Below, in pieces: positions 36,904-49,226 of a stretch of DNA of 64,000 nucleotides (positions within the stretch are counted from its first letter, which is position 1; each line of letters opens with the position of its first letter). Where the stretch lies: contig CM119386.1 in NCBI GenBank assembly GCA_051294905.1, positions 15,748,001 to 15,812,000 of the forward strand. The letters are read 5' to 3'. Both the position numbers and the translations under genes were made by a program. The notes beneath the pieces were generated by a model, which saw only the letters and a program-made list of their open reading frames with translations, did not search any database and was not told the origin of the DNA. The stretch is from Botryllus schlosseri. Its lineage: Eukaryota.

Positions 36904-39900
36904 AACAGTCTCTCATTTTGGGAAACTGTTTGAGAAATATATCATCCTAAAAACAGACAAAACCATTACTACGAATCTTCGATAGCAATTCACATATTGT
37001 CAACAATAATGACATTTGCTGAGAATTCAAAACCATAGGTGAATATTGAAAGGTCACGGAGAAACAGCTCGTTCTCTGGTTGATTTTTTTAATCTTAGGT
37101 GCTGACTTTTTCCGCCAAATTACCATCGCCAAAGGAGAGATACTACACACTTAATGTTAATACAAAAACGAACGGGCAACAAAATTAGCAGGACTTGGCG
37201 TGCAAATATGCGTATTTCATGAAAACAGATTGTTTTCTGACAGCAATACGGGAGACAGGTGTTTATTTCCATCGACAAAGGGCAGTTGGCACGCACTTGG
37301 TTCTCACACTGATATTTCATAAGCCGATCCGATATCGATAAATAGCATTAAATGTGCGAACAATGCAACTGTTACTAACCATATCGATTCACAAACAATA
37401 TTCCGCTACCACGACAACTTTTCAAGTGACTCAACGTTGTAATGTTCACTCTTAGTAGGTATTTGAATAAGTTTTTATGTATGACATTCGATTCTACCGT
37501 CATATGTCTTAGTTCAACAACTTGGATACGAATTATAGCTACACAAACGTTTTATAGTCGATAATCTACTGTTTGGGGTAGTCACACAAGATCAGAACTA
37601 TAACGAATCACACCATTTTCAAGAACGTCAGCGTTGACATCGGAATATTCTGTAATCCATCACAGATCACAAGCTTCTTTTCACGAGTTGTATTCTCACA
37701 TCGCGAGATCAGTAATAGTCGACTCTATGTCGTCACTCTCGGGGATATACAAGGAAACACTCCGAAATAGAATATTCATAATAGATAGGTAGACAATCAT
37801 ATTTGACCATCTTCTCACATGATTATTCGATCAACTGCCATGGACGCTCTCGATACAGCAGCCTCTGAATGACAAGGCATCGGTGCTTTATTCCAAGTCA
37901 TATATAGGAGTCTCGAACAATAATGTACCCCGGTTTCCGCTGAATATTTGAGACATACATTTGCTGACCGTCACGCTCTGCGAGAGACCATATTTTAATA
38001 CTCAACGAAAATGATCCCCAGAACAATAATTGTCGCTGAAGATTTCCACAAACGGGTCAGATAGCAAAACGAATAAGACATCTCATCTAGAGAAGCTATA
38101 TTGGTGGGGGACAACAACGTTTTACGTGCCACTTCCAAGACACATCTCGTGCAGAATTTGCATGATATCATTATCTATGATACGAAAAAGTATATCGCGT
38201 GATACGCCTACTTCTTCCGACCGACGGAGTTACTTACTTGTGTATAGGCTACTTACTATCCAGATGATTGGATCCGGGTTGAAAACACCCGCCATATAGA
38301 GTCATAAAAATCTGGTGATGCTGTAGAGCCATAAAACTAGCTGGCATACCAGCGATTTGTTATTTTCAGTAACTTTCGTAGCATTGTACTGTAGTCTGTA
38401 GGTTTCGTATGCTGCGATACGACCAATCAAAGTTTTACAGCTTCCACACTTGAAACTAGTATCGAACCTATGACTTTCGTTGATAAATTGCCGTTTAGTG
38501 GCGATAGAAGCGTATATTTTCAGTACTCGAAAAAAAATCGTCTTTTACTACTCGACTAGAATCGTTATATATATTACTCGTTTCAGATTCGGGTACACGA
38601 ATCATTGTGCCTAGCCCTACTCGTGACTCGAGGATGGTGACTTAATCCCAACATTCGGTAGGACTCGAGTCAAGTCGAATCATTTTCCATTCACCACCGA
38701 GTCCAACTCAGGATTCGAATATTCAACTCCGAATCACGGTGTTGAGACTCGAGTCCGAGTCATTGTGCTCACTGCGCATTGTTCATTTTCGGATCCAATC
38801 CAGTTCAACTCACGTTTTTCAGAACTCTGCTTGGGTGCTATTGAATGCCTCCCATTCATATTATAGTAATTTTCCTCATTTTACACAGATTCTAGCCCTG
38901 CCTTACAAACACCAATACTGATGGACGAAATGTCTATTATGTGCTAGAGCTTGCTCCTCCAGTCTTCTCCTACCTATTCTACTAGTCGTTTTTAAATCTT
39001 CACACGCAATAAAAAATCGCAAATATATAGACCTCAAACGTTTCTGTATTGCAGCTGTTCTTGGGATAATTTAGTGTATCAGTGTTAGTTTATTAATATT
39101 TTCATCGTTTCAAAACACTACAAAACTGCGATACAATGAAAGACAGGGAGGTGTCGAAACGAATTGGAGCTTGGAGTAGTCTTTGAAATCGCACACCCCA
39201 CCTTGGCATAGGTAAAGTAAAGAAGAGGAATGCACACCGAATGAAAACTAAAGCAGAGAATATGAAAGGAAAGAGACAAAATGAGGTGGCATGGGATGGA
39301 AAACTGAATCGATATGTTAGTTCGTGGTCCTATAATCTGACTAGTATTCTAGTGTGTGTGTGTGTGTGTGTTTGTGCGTGACTACTACTACGTCTTTGTA
39401 CGATGCATATCGATCGCCGCTTCATCGCATTTTTTTCTTCCAATAACGCTTTGTGCTTGGTATTGTAGCAGGGTACGAATGTTCGACTATATTTTCAGAC
39501 TGCGCCTGATTGTTTCCTGATATCAAGGATCGTTTACCGCGGCGAACCGTCCAAAATCGCACCGTCGTAATCAATATTCACATTTCCATACACCAAATCG
39601 CCCTTGACAGCGTTAGTCGATAACGACAAATCTTGTATTATTGCCGCCCTAAAAGATATGGTTCGCTTGCAAGATTGAAAATATTAAGAATGAAATTTAC
39701 ATATCTCAATATATCGAAAATATGTCCTGCTGGAGTCGATATCATGGCGGGTAGAGTTTGTTTCGTTGTTTGTGATATTCATTGTGCTTGTAGACTGCTA
39801 ATACGGTCATTTCAACCAGGACGATTTACGTCATTTGTGTCCTGTAGATACCGACTTGTAGCACTGCCCACTTCTGAGCTTCTAGAAGGCATCGCTTGTA

Positions 39901-39917
39901 CGGATTATATGAAAAAT

Positions 39918-40047
39918 AGGAGCCTAGATAAACATCCAACACTTGGGTAAGAATTCTGCAGTCGAACTCAGTCGGACTCGAACCCGCAACCCATTGGTGT
40001 TGCAGCTGCGGAATCGACGCTATTATACGCTATACGCTATACGCTAT
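39918..40047 (-). mobile_element. SINE family A head fragment inside the right arm (mirror copy)
   Basis: Reverse complement of 30868-30997. Confidence 0.75.
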
Positions 40048-43000
40048 TTCGACACGCAGCGGGTAAAATCATTATTCACGCTTCGTCATGGATAATATTT
40101 TCTTTGACATCAAACTGTTGATGTACTTCACTTCTCGTGTTCCTAAAATAGACAACATACATATTTAGCAAACGGGTTACATATTTTCTTCATCGACTGC
40201 CGAAATACAAGTTTATATACACAATTGATATGCAGCCATACCAAAATGAAACATCCTTTGTAGATGGAAGATGATTACGCCTGACCAGTAGTTATTGCGT
40301 CTCAACTCAGTACCAGGAAAATGAAACTGCTCGATTTCTTGCTAATCTGAACTGCACCCGATTTGTATGACCGTGAAACAGAAAACACGGTACTACTGAG
40401 ATGTATATCTTACAGATTGCTCATTATGATCAAGTATTATTCCGTCAACTTAACATACAACGATGACGACAAGACTGTATATCCGTCAACAGGTTGATCA
40501 CATCTGAGCGGAGGTGATTACGATCGGATCCAGGAGCAGGAGCAATTCCGGGCTGGATTCGGATCACCGATTCATTACACCACTTCACAAGCGATTGTGG
40601 ACAGAGACAATGGGAATTTGGGTCGCAGGCTACAATCACTCAGCAAGTACGTCTACTTGCCTAGAGATAAGTTTTTTATCACTCGAATATAACGCCAAAT
40701 ATTCCCAAACTCGTATTCAGCGAGATTAAGCCTTTCCCCCAGTATCCTACGAAACGAGGCGAACTTTTCCGATACGTCAGCGTACAATGGAATCGAGTAT
40801 CGTATAGTTCTCAATACAGGAACCACATCGACGGAAGAGTCACGAGTCAGAAGAAGATGACTACGTTGATGGAATTAATCGAAATGAGTATTTTAAACCC
40901 CGACCGACATCATCGTATCACTCTCGATCGATCACGGCTGATTTATGGCCATCACTTACTAGCGCAATTATTTCGCCAGTAGCATGTACAATTTAAAAAA
41001 TCCGGGTCCGGATATACGTAAATCCAAAAGTAATCCAGTAAAAATACTCCAATGCGCCGTACTCCCATCCGAATTCACGCTCATTTGTACAGTATACGAG
41101 CCCCGATTCGTCGGCGTACAATGGAATCTAGTATCGTAGTTCTCGATACAGGAACCACATCGATGCAAGAGTCACGAGCCAGAAGAAAACTGATTACTAT
41201 GATGTGATTAATCCAAACGAGTATTTTGAATCCAGACTGACATCATCGCATCACCTCCCGATCGATCACGGCTGATTCATGGGGATCACTTGCCCGCGAT
41301 ATTATTTCGCGAGTAGCATGTAAAATCCACAAATCCGGGTCCGAATAAACTTAAATCCAAAAGTAATCCAGTAAAGATCCCCCAATGCCTTGTTTTCCCA
41401 TTCAAATCCACACTCGTTTGTACCGTATACGAGGCTCGCTCCTGGCACACTCGCTCTCTACTGTCGTAAGCTGCGGGAAGTAGCTTTGGACGTCGTCAAA
41501 AACCACTTGAAAATGGCGGGTAGCAAGTAGCAACAGCGATGGACTTATCTCGGCTTCTTTGTAATAAAGCTGTTTTCAATAGAATCCCACATAGTTACTC
41601 AAAACTGTCTGCTTACAATGATATCAATGTGATATAGGCCTACCATGGACTCAATGACACAAACGAGTTTGATTTGATAACGCGTGCACCACACAGACAG
41701 CTTGCATTCACACTCGATTGAACCGGGAATTATTGATTGAGAGATTCAAGAGAAATCATACGCCAGTTGAGTTTTAAAATATAAGCCGGAGCAAGATGGT
41801 TTCAGAATACCAAATTTTTATATCCGCTCGTCTCTGCGCCTGACTGACATTGGGTTACGGAAGTAGTTTTGGATGTGTAGCCCCTTAGTCAGCCACCCCC
41901 CACCCCATCCAAGTACGAGAATCCAACCAAGCGAGACTTTACATCGATTCGTGTGACCTTGACCGTACGCTTGAAACATAGCATAAATTGTCATCATATA
42001 CCCATCAATCAATCAACCCGCCATTACACGCTGACACGGCGAGTCACGCCAGGCGAGCTTTTCCGTTTCGTCGGGTTACACACTACAGAGATCCAAAAAG
42101 ATTCGATCGTCATACGCGGAAAATTACAGCAAATAATACAGTAACCTTGAGTATATTCGCCTGATAATAAATTCAAACGAGTTTAATTTAACATAAACGA
42201 GTTTTGATTATACGCAGATAGCAGCCGTACTCAATTGAACCGGAAATCATTGATCGACATGATAGGTCAGCCGAGTTTTAAATCGCCAGGCAGGACCATT
42301 TCTAGTTTCGGAATCCGTTCATCGCCCGATAGTGAGTTACGTAATTCTGCAAGTAGCCTTGAAAATGATACCAAGAATACATATATATCACTCTAATACA
42401 GATCTGAACGGTTATCGTTCCGGACCAGAGTATGCCAGTTCAAACGGCAAGCGTGAATTTACATCGTTTCGTTTGGCCCAACGCCTTGACCGTGCACTTG
42501 AGGTATAGCATAAGGCTCTCATATACGGATCAAGAGGAGCGTTCACTTCACAGCTGTAATGTTCAATGGGCAAATTTTCCCTCATCCCATCACATTCAAG
42601 AGAAATTGGATCAACCAACCCACGATTACACGCCGCGTCATGCCGCGTCAACTTTTCCGTTTCGTCGGAGTACACACCATAGAGATCCAGAAAGATTCGA
42701 TTACAGCAAAGACAATAACCTTGATATTATTCGCCTGATAATAAAATTATATTCACCGCAAACGAGTTTTGACACACAGATAGCAACCGTACTCAATTCC
42801 AGAAAGCGCGACACGATAGGTCAGCCGGGTTTTGAAATCAACAGACAGAACCAGTTATCAATCCACTCATAAATAACAAGTCACGCTACAACCGCGAAAA
42901 TTACGTCAGAAATATTACACCAAACTCATTTCAATCGGAAATCAGACAGCCACATATCGATCAGATCGCTTGCAGCAATCCGTCACGAACTGCAATTCTG

Positions 43001-44595
43001 CAAAATGCGTAAGTCCGTTATCCTTTGTTTCTTTATTTTATTAGAGATTTTAGTTTCTTTAAGTTACAAGACGATATGCGGCTATATCCACCATTTCTCT
43101 ACTACTCTTGCTTTGGTGCTTATGCCATATGGCTTGAAAAATAAGCTCCAAAACTATCATGGAGAATGAGCACATTAGAGCTCGCTACCTTCTGATACGC
43201 TGCTCCAATTTCCCATTTTCTGTTTCGCGAGTAAATGAGAACAGACAAGAAAGTCAGGTTACCGTGTGTTCAGCCCTCATTCTCAATCTAACTTGAGAAT
43301 GAGAGTTCATAGCATTTCAATAACCTTGAAGCATTGGTCCTTAAACTTGTTTGACTGCGACCAAAATCTTAGTTTCAGTGGTATATCACGACTCAAGCCT
43401 TACACATCAAAAAGAATGCACTTCTAATATTAGTATGCTACCATTTTACGGGCATGTATGACATAAATAACGTGCACACAACAATTGTCCGCAACACAGC
43501 TCTACGAAACATTGGGATTACCATATGTTCTTATCTGGAAACATATCTGACGTAGGCGATTTCAAATTTTGGTGAATTATATATTCCTTTGCTCGTCGCA
43601 TTTCTATTACTGTCTACTCAAATTATTTCAATAAAATTACTTTTAAAATAACTTATAAAAAATACACATTGGAAGGACTGGACTAGAAAGTCAGTCTTGC
43701 GTTATTTTCCCACGTGCCGCAGGATCAGACTTGTTGACGCCCGCCACTACACCCGCTTTCGAAGCAGAATTTCTAGTACGTATTAGTGCGCAAATAATAA
43801 TTCTCTACGGCAGATGAGAGACAAAATTATTGTTAAAGCTACGAACAGGTCAAATAATTTTTTACAATTACGCCGCAACGACAAAAGTGAGGGAGCCACT
43901 GCTGTTGAATTTCCTATCAAGTCTATTTGAATTATTCCACGTTAGAATTATTTGCGATTTTCATCCACTCTCATCCGGATTTTTATCCGCACTCATCCGC
44001 ACCACGTTTGTCGCTCACACAGGAATTTTTTCCATTAAAAGTACTATTGTGGATTATCCAACTACGCCAAGTCTCGCTCATGCCATAAGTTTGGTATGAA
44101 CGGGAGGTTCACGTTCGCGTTCTGTGTGTGAACCTCAGAAATTTGTAGCTTAGCGTTCGCCAACGAACTTTGGTAGGTTCTGCATTGTGAACCTTTACCA
44201 TTTATTACAATTTTTCACATTTGGTAAAATTAAGCTCCGCTTGACAATTAACTTTGTGTGTCTGTGCCAGCCGTCTGCGAAACCGAACTACCAAAGGATT
44301 TTGTTGAGACTTGAGTTGAAAGTACAATGCATTTGACCATTGTCCATCTCTAACACATGCAAATGTATACTCTGTTGATTTCGATTGTTGTTCAAAAGAA
44401 CCTGTTTGTCTGTATATCCACTCACTCATCTCGTTTTGCGCACGTTAGCTCTACTGCAAACACAATTTTCCGTGTTTTGTGGTAATTATGTTATGTTATA
44501 AGTGTATTTTTGAATTTGATCCCTTGGCTATAAACATCTTAATTCCCTTTACCAGCTTAACGGAACCACGGTAAACTATTATAATGAGCACCCGC

Positions 44596-44605
44596 GGGAA
44601 GTTCC
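44596..44605 (+). promoter_or_regulatory. Candidate NF-kappaB site GGGAAGTTCC upstream of receptor paralog 2
   Basis: Matches GGGRNNYYCC, ~200 bp upstream of the ATG at 44800. Motif match only. Confidence 0.4.
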
Positions 44606-44729
44606 CGTGTATAGCCGTGTATTTACACTTCATAAGAGAGACCTTGGCCTATATAATGGCACGGCCACAGACTATATCCGATAGCTATGCAAACTGCAAA
44701 GGCAGGTCTACACTACATACGCAAGTTTC

Positions 44730-44791
44730 TGTTTCAACGAATATCACTGTGCTAGAAGGTTGTTTCAACAAATATCACTGTGCTAGAAGGT
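44730..44791. repeat. 31-bp tandem duplication just upstream of the receptor 2 ATG
   Basis: tgtttcaac(g/a)aatatcactgtgctagaaggt x2. Confidence 0.85.
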
Positions 44792-44799
44792 ACAACTCT

Positions 44800-45921
44800 A
44801 TGGCAAAGATGATGCATCGAATTGTGCGATTATTGATGCTGTTCGCGTTGAGCCAAGCGAGGACTATTACCAACCGAATTAGCGTCGACGAGTTTCAACA
44901 AAGCTTCGTGCAAACACAAAAGGTATCGGTAAATTATTACTCAATAGATGTAGCCATGGCGTACCAGCGACCAGCGTATTATCATGTAGCCTACGTACGT
45001 ACATTGTATAATGCATAGTACAGTACAGTACATCCGCTAAATTGACGTTCAGTTGGATATGGGATATGATTATGAATTGATCATTCCACACAGGCCCTTA
45101 TCGACATCGGAAACAGATGCGTGACGGAAGAGTTTTTTGATTTGGAATTAGAAACTTGCAAGAACTGCGAGACGCACTGTCCCGACAACCTATGTGGGCA
45201 ATGTAGAGGTGAACTGCTGGTTTAGAATTTAACTATAACTGAGTTGTCCGCGAGCTCGTGTTCTGCATTTCAACAGTGTATTTTTTGGAGAAATTATCCA
45301 GTGAACAGATGCGAAGGTTGGATGCCAGAATCCTCCTACTCGAAAAAAATGTGAGTCGAATAGGCCGAATAGTGACCTTCGCAAACCTAACGGGCTTAAG
45401 CTACAGAAGACTGTTGAAGAAATTAAGGGTAAACCGCAGTTATTTAATCTATGAGATCGAAGTTTATCCCGTTTGTCACTGGACAATATATATTTGAGAA
45501 GTCAAATCACTATTGTAATGTAATTGCATATTGTCGACCCGGGGTTACGCCACAGCCTTCCTTGCTTTCTCCATGACGATCCGAAGGAAATAGTTCATTT
45601 GTATGATTGCAGACAAACGAGACGTGGCAATGGGCGGCAATAATAGCTATAACGCTGGTGATGTTCGGGACAGCAGTAATTTATTTCGCCTGGAGAAAAT
45701 GCGGTAAAACGAAGCAGTGCAACTACGGGCAGAGGAGAACTGCAGCCGTGCAAACGCAGCGTTCCCTTGAAGGATTGACTGTAGTTTGTCATCCCGCACA
45801 ATTTGTTCAGCCGAACAGAGGTAGGGATGGTACAACCTCCCCTAGACGATACGTCACGCTACAATATGAGACTCAGCATGGATACGAAATGGAGACTGCT
45901 ACATCAACTGATTCCGTCTGA
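44800..45921 (+). CDS. Single-CRD TNF-receptor-like type I membrane protein, paralog 2, 206 aa; exons 44800-44922, 45094-45208, 45277-45350, 45613-45921
   Basis: GT-AG introns with phases 0,1,0, matching paralog 1. Signal peptide MAKMMHRIVRLLMLFALSQA; CRD CVTEEFFDLELETCKNCETHCPDNLCGQC (six Cys, FD as in BCMA YFD); stalk exon VYFLEKL.. parallels SYFAIVNL..; TM WQWAAIIAITLVMFGTAVIYFAW; cytoplasmic tail without a death domain. Confidence 0.87.
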
Positions 45922-47252
45922 CTAATTTAGTTCCATTATGCATGGTAGCGGTAAGATAAAAGTGGTAGCACTCCGCTGCGACCGTATGCAATGCTAGACG
46001 AATATCATGCAAAGTCTGCCTATGCGTATTTTGGTGTCTTTATCCCTTCTCTTGGCCAGCTTGAGGTTAGCGCAAATGTACCAGACTATAAAATCAATTA
46101 TCCATCTATTTCGCGGGCAATTGCTCTTTAACCATGTTGATATGGAACGTTTATAGTAAACATATCTATGCATCCTTGTTTCCGTGATTATATTTTCGAT
46201 ATGCATGCATATGCTGTCTTTGCACATGAATATTTCTGACAAAATTTAGTCATTGACCCTAAAATGTTTTTCGCGCAACGCGGGTCCAGGTAATAAATGT
46301 CATTTTGTTATTTGGTTGATAAGACTTACCAACAACGTTATCAATTACAGTACACCCAATTACTAGAAAGCCCAGATATGCAGTTTCCTCGGTGTCTCTG
46401 AAGTCTCTGTTATATCGAGCCTCCCGTCTACCTTTTTACTGTGTTACATTTTTGTTGTATGATGTTGATATGTAATGTAGACGAATAAAAATTCTCTCTC
46501 TCTCTCTCTCTCACTACGTTATTTATATCAAGCCCACCAACCAGACGATTTATACGTTTCGCTTTACGTACATTGTTGTATTTCGATTGAATCATGAACT
46601 CTATTGGCTACTATTCTTGCGTATATGAACTTTATCCGCTTTATGTTGCAATAACGGTGGTGAATAGACGAGCTGCTGAAATTTGAACAGATAGCATTTA
46701 CCTACCTATACCTGCTCTATACTATTCACCATTGTTGTTTATACATTTTCGTATTATGATAAGCTTCGATATAGGATTATGCTCTGGTTCAACTTTTGAA
46801 TCTTGGGTATGGTCGACATGAAGACGACAAGGAACATTTTTTTTTATTCCGCCAGCATTATTGCATAATGATCCATTGCATGTAGGCTAGCTGATCGACG
46901 ATGAATCGATTTCACGCAATCAACATATTGACTAAATCATCTGATCTCAACTAATCACCGTACCTCAATATCATTCGTGCTGGCGAACATTAAAATATAT
47001 TGTTGTACGATTCGCAACAAGATGCTCGTACTATCATTTTGACTATTTGCCAATTTTGGCCAAGTATATCCCCGTTACATTGCCATCAATACACTCAACA
47101 TCAGCATTCACGTGGTTTCGAGGTTCCAATTTATCAGTTTTAGTATACACATCGTACCAAAAACTTTGCCTGTATAACTTGCCTGTATAGGACTGCAACG
47201 CAATACTACTACAACAAATTTGCTGTTAGTCTACCGACACTTTGGTCTATAC

Positions 47253-47535
47253 CAGTGGTTCCCAACCTTTTCCGACTCATCGCCCCCTTTTCAAGCTCAA
47301 CGCCGATCATCGCCCCCCAGATTTTGTGAACCGAAAAATCGGTATACAATCTGTTATCTTCGGCGGGTTGACTAAAAAAGAGGTCATTTCTCCGACTTGA
47401 CTCCTATATAGCCGTTTTAACGCGTCATCGCCCCCTTCGCTATTTTCGCCCCCTTTGTCCATTTTCGCCCCCCTATCGCCCCCTTCGTCATTTTCGCCCC
47501 CTAGGCTGTCAAATCGCCCACGTTGGGAACCACTG
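47253..47535. mobile_element. hAT-type MITE (283 bp) with TCGCCCCC repeats
   Basis: TIR CAGTGGTTCCCAAC/GTTGGGAACCACTG, exact 8-bp TSD GTCTATAC. Confidence 0.9.
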
Positions 47536-48854
47536 GTCTATACTTTCTAACTATCATAAATCCTATTGCACTCACGATTTGTTTCTCTTTGTAATAGCAA
47601 ATAAATTGGATTTTGTTACACTGTTGCAGTATCATCACATGGAATGATTCAGCCCGCAATTGCTGGATCATAGTTGATCCCGTTGCAGCCGAGAAACAGC
47701 ATTTTTAGTGGGAAAGTTCAAAATCAAGATCTGCGACAGACGAGGTGTGCTAAAAGAGACCTTCTCTGTATGCCGCTATGAAATTACAGTTACAGGTAGA
47801 AAAGAATATGGCATCTATCGAAAATTAGTACTTATAAGTATGGTATTATGGGCACAATTAATGATTCGAGTATACTTGAATCTGAATCGAGTATTAATTT
47901 TCCCGGTTCCAGTCGGGTAGAGAGAGAGACGACTGTTTTGAGTACCGAAGTAATACACCCTTTCCACCAAGGAAATCATTTGGATTTATAGTTTATATAC
48001 TTGTCCCACCGTGGAATCGATTGGCCGTACCGTAGCATCCAAAACATGCAGTACAAAGCTGGTAACATTCGCGGAGAAAATACTTCTTCAAGTCGTGATC
48101 GACCAACAGCATTGACACAGAATGCAACGAGATATGTATGGTCAAAATTACCAAATTATCTGTATGATGCTGGAGAACTAGCATTATTGTCTTTGTGATC
48201 GCATATTTTGACATTTCTACCTCATCCATGCTCTTATTATAGAGACTGTAGTTTACAGTCTCTATACTCTTATGATGTCACTTTGAGTGATGCTCGGATT
48301 CGGATTTCGGAATAGATATAGATTATTATAGAATCACTCATGCATGCATTTTGTCCAGACTTATCCATGAGTACATACTGACGGCGAGACGTTACAAATC
48401 ATAATTTGATATAAAAAGTTCGATGAGTATAACCTATACTTTGAGCTATTTTTTAACATAATATAAGAGCGTGGAATAGAATTGGACCAACACTGACCAT
48501 CGTGTACTTTTGCACTCATAGCGACACGCCCTTCCGGAATCCCGTCGGGTCTCTGGACGACTTTTTGGCAGCGCAAGTCTTTATTGAGTCTATGACACGG
48601 GCACAAGGAAAAATACCGTGTGTCTGTGGAAAATTTACAGTGAACTCGTTCTTTGTTTTAGTATCCCACGCCCCGACGAATACATCTGGGTATAAACTCC
48701 GGTGATTTCTAATGCATACTACAGTCAGTCTTTCGCTTTTTAGGTCAGGTAGTTAATGACTTTCAAGATAATCCGTCGGGGATTATTTTACGGTATTTAG
48801 CACACCAATAAATGCCTCATTACGCCACCGTGAATGACTACTCACAAGTTACAC

Positions 48855-49226
48855 ATCAATAGAAAATACAGACGTCAACAGAATTAAATAAGCAAACATA
48901 TCAGGCCAATAAATGGACGGAAGAACTTACTAACACTTCCGGAAAAGCAAACTATTCATTTACAACCCTGGAATATTGATTTGCAACAATTGTGCAATAT
49001 CTATTGACTTTGGGCCTCATTACACCATCGGAACTATTCCCTAGCATCAGTTAGCTACACACTGAAAGATAATACAGAAGTCAATAGTAAGTTAACAAAC
49101 AAAGCCAGCCTAATAAACCGACGGGAAATCTTGTCACTAATACACCGCAAATACAACCTATTCATTTACAATATATACTCGAATATTAGTTTGCAACAAT
49201 TGCACAATGTCTATTGACTTTTTGTG
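48855..49226. repeat. Diverged tandem duplication, period ~206 bp
   Basis: ctattcatttacaa at 48952 and 49158; tttgcaacaattg and ctattgacttt in both units. Confidence 0.7.

Larger units (their letters stand above)
27809..43106. mobile_element. Non-autonomous Polinton/Maverick-like element, 15,298 bp, forming a giant palindrome (arms 27809-35447 and 36063-43106, spacer 35448-36062)
   Basis: Termini AGTAGTAGAGAAATGG / CCATTTCTCTACTACT; exact 6-bp TSD CTTGCT at 27803-27808 and 43107-43112. Mirror coordinates sum to 70915 outside, and 71510 inside, the 595-bp left-arm insertion. No integrase, pPolB, ATPase, protease or capsid ORF recognised. Confidence 0.82.

Noticed and set aside
27809-43106. 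Palindrome as a long-read fold-back or assembly artefact
   Set aside because: Arms differ by scattered substitutions and a 595-bp insert, there is a unique 615-bp spacer, and an exact 6-bp TSD flanks the outer ends. Read-level confirmation is still advisable.
16120-45921. A functional TNFR-IAP-TNFR apoptosis gene cluster
   Set aside because: The IAP lies inside a TSD-bounded insertion and is a pseudogene; its position between the receptors is most simply incidental.
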